From Clostridia bacterium (GTDB taxonomy: Bacteria; Bacillota; Clostridia; UMGS1883), in contig JAZRFX010000111.1 in NCBI GenBank assembly GCA_045643845.1, positions 1 to 27,547 of the forward strand: DNA of 27,547 nt, written 5' to 3'. The notes below the pieces were generated by a model. That model saw only the letters and a program-made list of their open reading frames with translations. It ran no database searches and was not told where the DNA came from. A program made the position numbers and the translations under genes. Below, in pieces: positions 24,986 to 27,547 of this stretch; within the stretch, counting starts at the first letter, position 1, and each line of letters starts with the position of its first letter.

Positions 24986-25789
24986 TTATTCAAAAACAAG
25001 ACCTTCAGAGCTTTCTTTTTCAACTACTTCAACTTCAGGGGCTTTTTCCTGAGGCTTTTCGTTTTTAGAAGGCTTTGAAGAAGGAGTAGTGTCCTTCGGC
25101 TTTTCGGCTTCAGTTTCTTCGGCTACAGGCTTCTTTTCAGGCTTCTTCTCGGGCTTCTTTTCAACTTCTTCAGCCTTTTCTTCAGGTTCTTCTGCTTCTT
25201 CCTGATTCTGCAAAGCTTCATCCTGAATCTCTTCAGCTTCTTCGTTTTCGGAAACTATCTCGTCAGAAGAAGAATCCACATCGGAATCATTTTCGTAGTA
25301 ATTTTGCTTGTCGGGAAGGCTTGCTTCCGCAGATTCTTCAGCAGCGGGAGTATTTTCAGTTTCAGTATCTACGGGAGCTGTAAATATCTCGTATGCAATG
25401 ATAAAAGAAAGAACAAATACCAACACGAAAGCAAGGGCAACAATAAGTATATGGAGAGCTGTTTTGCTCTTCTTTTTCTTCTTCTTTTTCTTTGTCTTTA
25501 CAGGTGCGAGTGTTTTTTCTTCAACATCGCTTCTCATCAAATCACCCTCAACAAGCTGTTCAACTATAACTTCATCGATTTCGCCGTCAGTCAGAGCGTT
25601 TTCGCTGGGCTTTCTTTCTTCAATGATTTCCCCTTGAGAATTTTCCGAAATATTTTCGGCGTTTTCCAAAGCTGCTTCAGCTGATTCTTCGACAACATCC
25701 ACCTCGGGAGCATCGTCGAGAAGGGGTTTCATAGACTCTTTAATAACATTTTTGGGGATAACTTTTGTTTCGTCAATATTATCTGTCAT
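24986..25789 (-). CDS. Highly acidic, low-complexity single-pass membrane protein
   Basis: GGAGG RBS fits ATG 25789 (9-nt spacing) better than 25795. Acidic N-terminal half, KKKKKKKSK, TM (ILIVALAFVLVFVLSFIIAY), then an E/K/P-rich C-terminal half. Confidence 0.8.
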   Translation of the reverse strand: MTDNIDETKVIPKNVIKESMKPLLDDAPEVDVVEESAEAALENAENISENSQGEIIEERKPSENALTDGEIDEVIVEQLVEGDLMRSDVEEKTLAPVKTKKKKKKKKSKTALHILIVALAFVLVFVLSFIIAYEIFTAPVDTETENTPAAEESAEASLPDKQNYYENDSDVDSSSDEIVSENEEAEEIQDEALQNQEEAEEPEEKAEEVEKKPEKKPEKKPVAEETEAEKPKDTTPSSKPSKNEKPQEKAPEVEVVEKESSEGLVFE

Positions 25790-25821
25790 TATCATTTGCC
25801 TCCAACTTTTTTGTGGTCAAC

Positions 25822-25863
25822 ATTATAACAATTCTATTATATCATTTTTATGCATCAAGTAAA
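25822..25863 (-). promoter_or_regulatory. Possible internal promoter(s) in the 3' end of addA driving the hypothetical-hypothetical-pyk unit
   Basis: TTTACT-16 bp-TATAAT with TGn (25836-25863), plus a second TGnTATAAT overlapping the addA stop (25822-25830). Confidence 0.4.
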
Positions 25864-27547
25864 GATATTTTTGTATAATTTTTTCATTGAATCTTTTCTT
25901 TAATGCAAGCTCGTAATAATAAAGCTGTTTTTGGTATTTTTCGACAATTTCCTTCGGGTTTTCATATGAATCCGTTTTGTAGTCAACAAGAATTATCTTG
26001 CCGTCATATTCAAAATAACAGTCGATAATACCTTGAATACATATAGTTTCATCTTCGGGGAGAGATGAATTTATCTCACTTGCACTGATATTTATTACAA
26101 ATGACTCCTCACGACAGACTTTATCTGCGTTTTTCAGCATTTGTCCGAGACTGCTTCCGAGAAATTCTTCGATTTTGTCAGGCTTTATTACGCTGAATTC
26201 TTCATCACTGAGAAATCCTTTTTCGTAAAGAGCCTCACACTGCTCAATGACTGATGCACCGTTATAATCAATATACTGAAGAATTTTATGGTGCACAGTA
26301 CCGAAAAATGTTCCCTGCTCCTTCTTCTTCCCGAAATCGGGACGCTTCAACATAATTTTCTTCGAAGATGGAACTCCGATAAGCGGAATTTGTCCGTCCT
26401 CCGAAGGTGCAAGGTTTATGTCGAGCGACTTAAGGAAAGAAACCGACGCTTTATTCGGGAGAGAAACTGCGCCCTTGTATGGGTACTCATATTCGAGCAG
26501 TGAAGATATATTTTTATCTTCGGTAAATTCATAGCTTTCAGCCTTTTCGCCCGCAAATTTTTCCTCGTCTTCGGGAGGATTAACAATTGAAAGATTCCAA
26601 AATTTGTCCGCACCGCGGGAGTAGGCAAGAGCCATAAGAGATAAATAACTGCTTGCCCCGAGGATTTCGTTGGCGGTAAGATCTTCAAGTGCGGAAAGAG
26701 AATATTCATCGAATTTTCCTGCGCTCTGGAGTGATGCTACAACATATAATTTTTCGCGGGCACGGGTAAGAGCAACATAGAAAAGTCGCATTTCTTCGCG
26801 CGCATTTTCCTTTGAAGCAATATCCTTAATAACCGCCTGTATGGGGGAATTGTACTTGCAGCGAAGGACAGGATTTATTACATCCATACCAATCCCTGCG
26901 TGGTTGTTCATAATAAGACCGCCTGCGCTTGTCTTTACGCTTCCGTAAGAATTGGCGCAACCGCTTACAAAAACAATCGGAAACTCAAGTCCTTTTGACT
27001 TGTGGATAGTCATTATTCTTACGGCGTCCATACGGTCTGAAATAGATTTTGCCTCGCTCGTGATTTCCGCCGTTTTTTTGATTTTTTCAACATAATTTAC
27101 AAAGTTGAAAAGACCTGTGTAGGATGAACGCTCAAATTCTTCAGCCTTTTCTAAAAGTATGTCAAGATTTGCCCTGCGCAAAATTCCGTCGGGGAATGAT
27201 AATACACAGCTGTAAAGATTTGTGTCGGTATAAATCCTGCGGATAAGCTCCTCGACAGTAATAAAGCCTGATGCATTTCTCCACGCGGTAAGTGTATTTA
27301 AAAAGCTTTTGCATTTTTTTGCAAGTGTTGGGCTTACGGGATACTTGCCCGAGCATACTCCGTAAAACGCGTCACAAAAGCTTATCTTACTGCAAAGGCG
27401 GATTTTAAGAAGTTCGTTTTCATCAAACATGAACATAGGACTGCGAAGTGCACACGCAAGTGAAATATCGCTCTGTGCGTTGTCTATCAGGCGCAGAATT
27501 TCAAGTACCTGACCAACCTCAACAGTTTCGTAAAGGTCGCTGTTTCC
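25823..27547 (-). CDS. addA: ATP-dependent helicase/nuclease subunit A, 3' part (5'-truncated by the window edge)
   Basis: The frame is open from the window end (GNSDLYETVEV...IDNAQSDISL...LRSPMF). Helicase motifs MTIHKSKGLEFP and EEMRLFYVALTRAREKL; PD-(D/E)xK nuclease QGIIDC...VDYKTD. Confidence 0.93.
   Translation of the reverse strand, partial: GNSDLYETVEVGQVLEILRLIDNAQSDISLACALRSPMFMFDENELLKIRLCSKISFCDAFYGVCSGKYPVSPTLAKKCKSFLNTLTAWRNASGFITVEELIRRIYTDTNLYSCVLSFPDGILRRANLDILLEKAEEFERSSYTGLFNFVNYVEKIKKTAEITSEAKSISDRMDAVRIMTIHKSKGLEFPIVFVSGCANSYGSVKTSAGGLIMNNHAGIGMDVINPVLRCKYNSPIQAVIKDIASKENAREEMRLFYVALTRAREKLYVVASLQSAGKFDEYSLSALEDLTANEILGASSYLSLMALAYSRGADKFWNLSIVNPPEDEEKFAGEKAESYEFTEDKNISSLLEYEYPYKGAVSLPNKASVSFLKSLDINLAPSEDGQIPLIGVPSSKKIMLKRPDFGKKKEQGTFFGTVHHKILQYIDYNGASVIEQCEALYEKGFLSDEEFSVIKPDKIEEFLGSSLGQMLKNADKVCREESFVINISASEINSSLPEDETICIQGIIDCYFEYDGKIILVDYKTDSYENPKEIVEKYQKQLYYYELALKKRFNEKIIQKYLYLMHKNDIIELL

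Noticed and set aside
46-27356. The many antisense or alternate-frame ORFs in the six-frame track (e.g. 3076-3630, 4871-5350, 5366-5881, 11406-11789, 13300-13716, 18661-19104, 25308-25637)
   Set aside because: All lie within well-supported genes and have no RBS or recognisable motifs. The Ser/Phe-rich ones are mirror images of Glu/Lys-rich sense proteins.
1-27547. CRISPR arrays, tRNA/rRNA, IS or prophage elements
   Set aside because: Intergenic gaps are all under about 180 bp and are explained by promoters, RBSs and terminators. No spaced direct repeats or transposase/integrase motifs were seen.

Overview
Chromosomal window from a low-GC Gram-positive anaerobe (Clostridia-like Bacillota, inferred from sigmaA-type promoters, AGGAGG RBSs, addA, HPr with His15/Ser46 and sporulation gene yunB). 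I found no mobile element, CRISPR array, tRNA or rRNA. Plus strand (1-8452): a truncated membrane protein with a C-terminal Zn ribbon, two tandem CNNM/CorB (DUF21-CBS) paralogs, a cytoplasmic SxxK serine hydrolase, and a three-gene operon in which every product carries a double-zinc-ribbon module. Minus strand (8518-27547): a lipoprotein-MBOAT-DHHW O-acylation cassette, a Dus-family gene, a pyruvate formate-lyase operon, three tandem M42 peptidases, murD, an iron-sulfur flavoprotein, a ComEC-like MBL nuclease, ptsH, yunB, pyk, two acidic hypothetical proteins and the 3' part of addA. The main finding is a genetically split pyruvate formate-lyase. The catalytic barrel (about 699 aa, Cys-Cys motif intact) stops just before the glycyl-radical domain and ends in a non-PFL, Cys-x4-Cys acidic tail. 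The missing RVSGY domain is a separate 80-aa gene with its own strong RBS, translationally coupled to pflA. Several ORF-track starts were moved to RBS-supported codons. All family calls come from motif recognition, not database searches.
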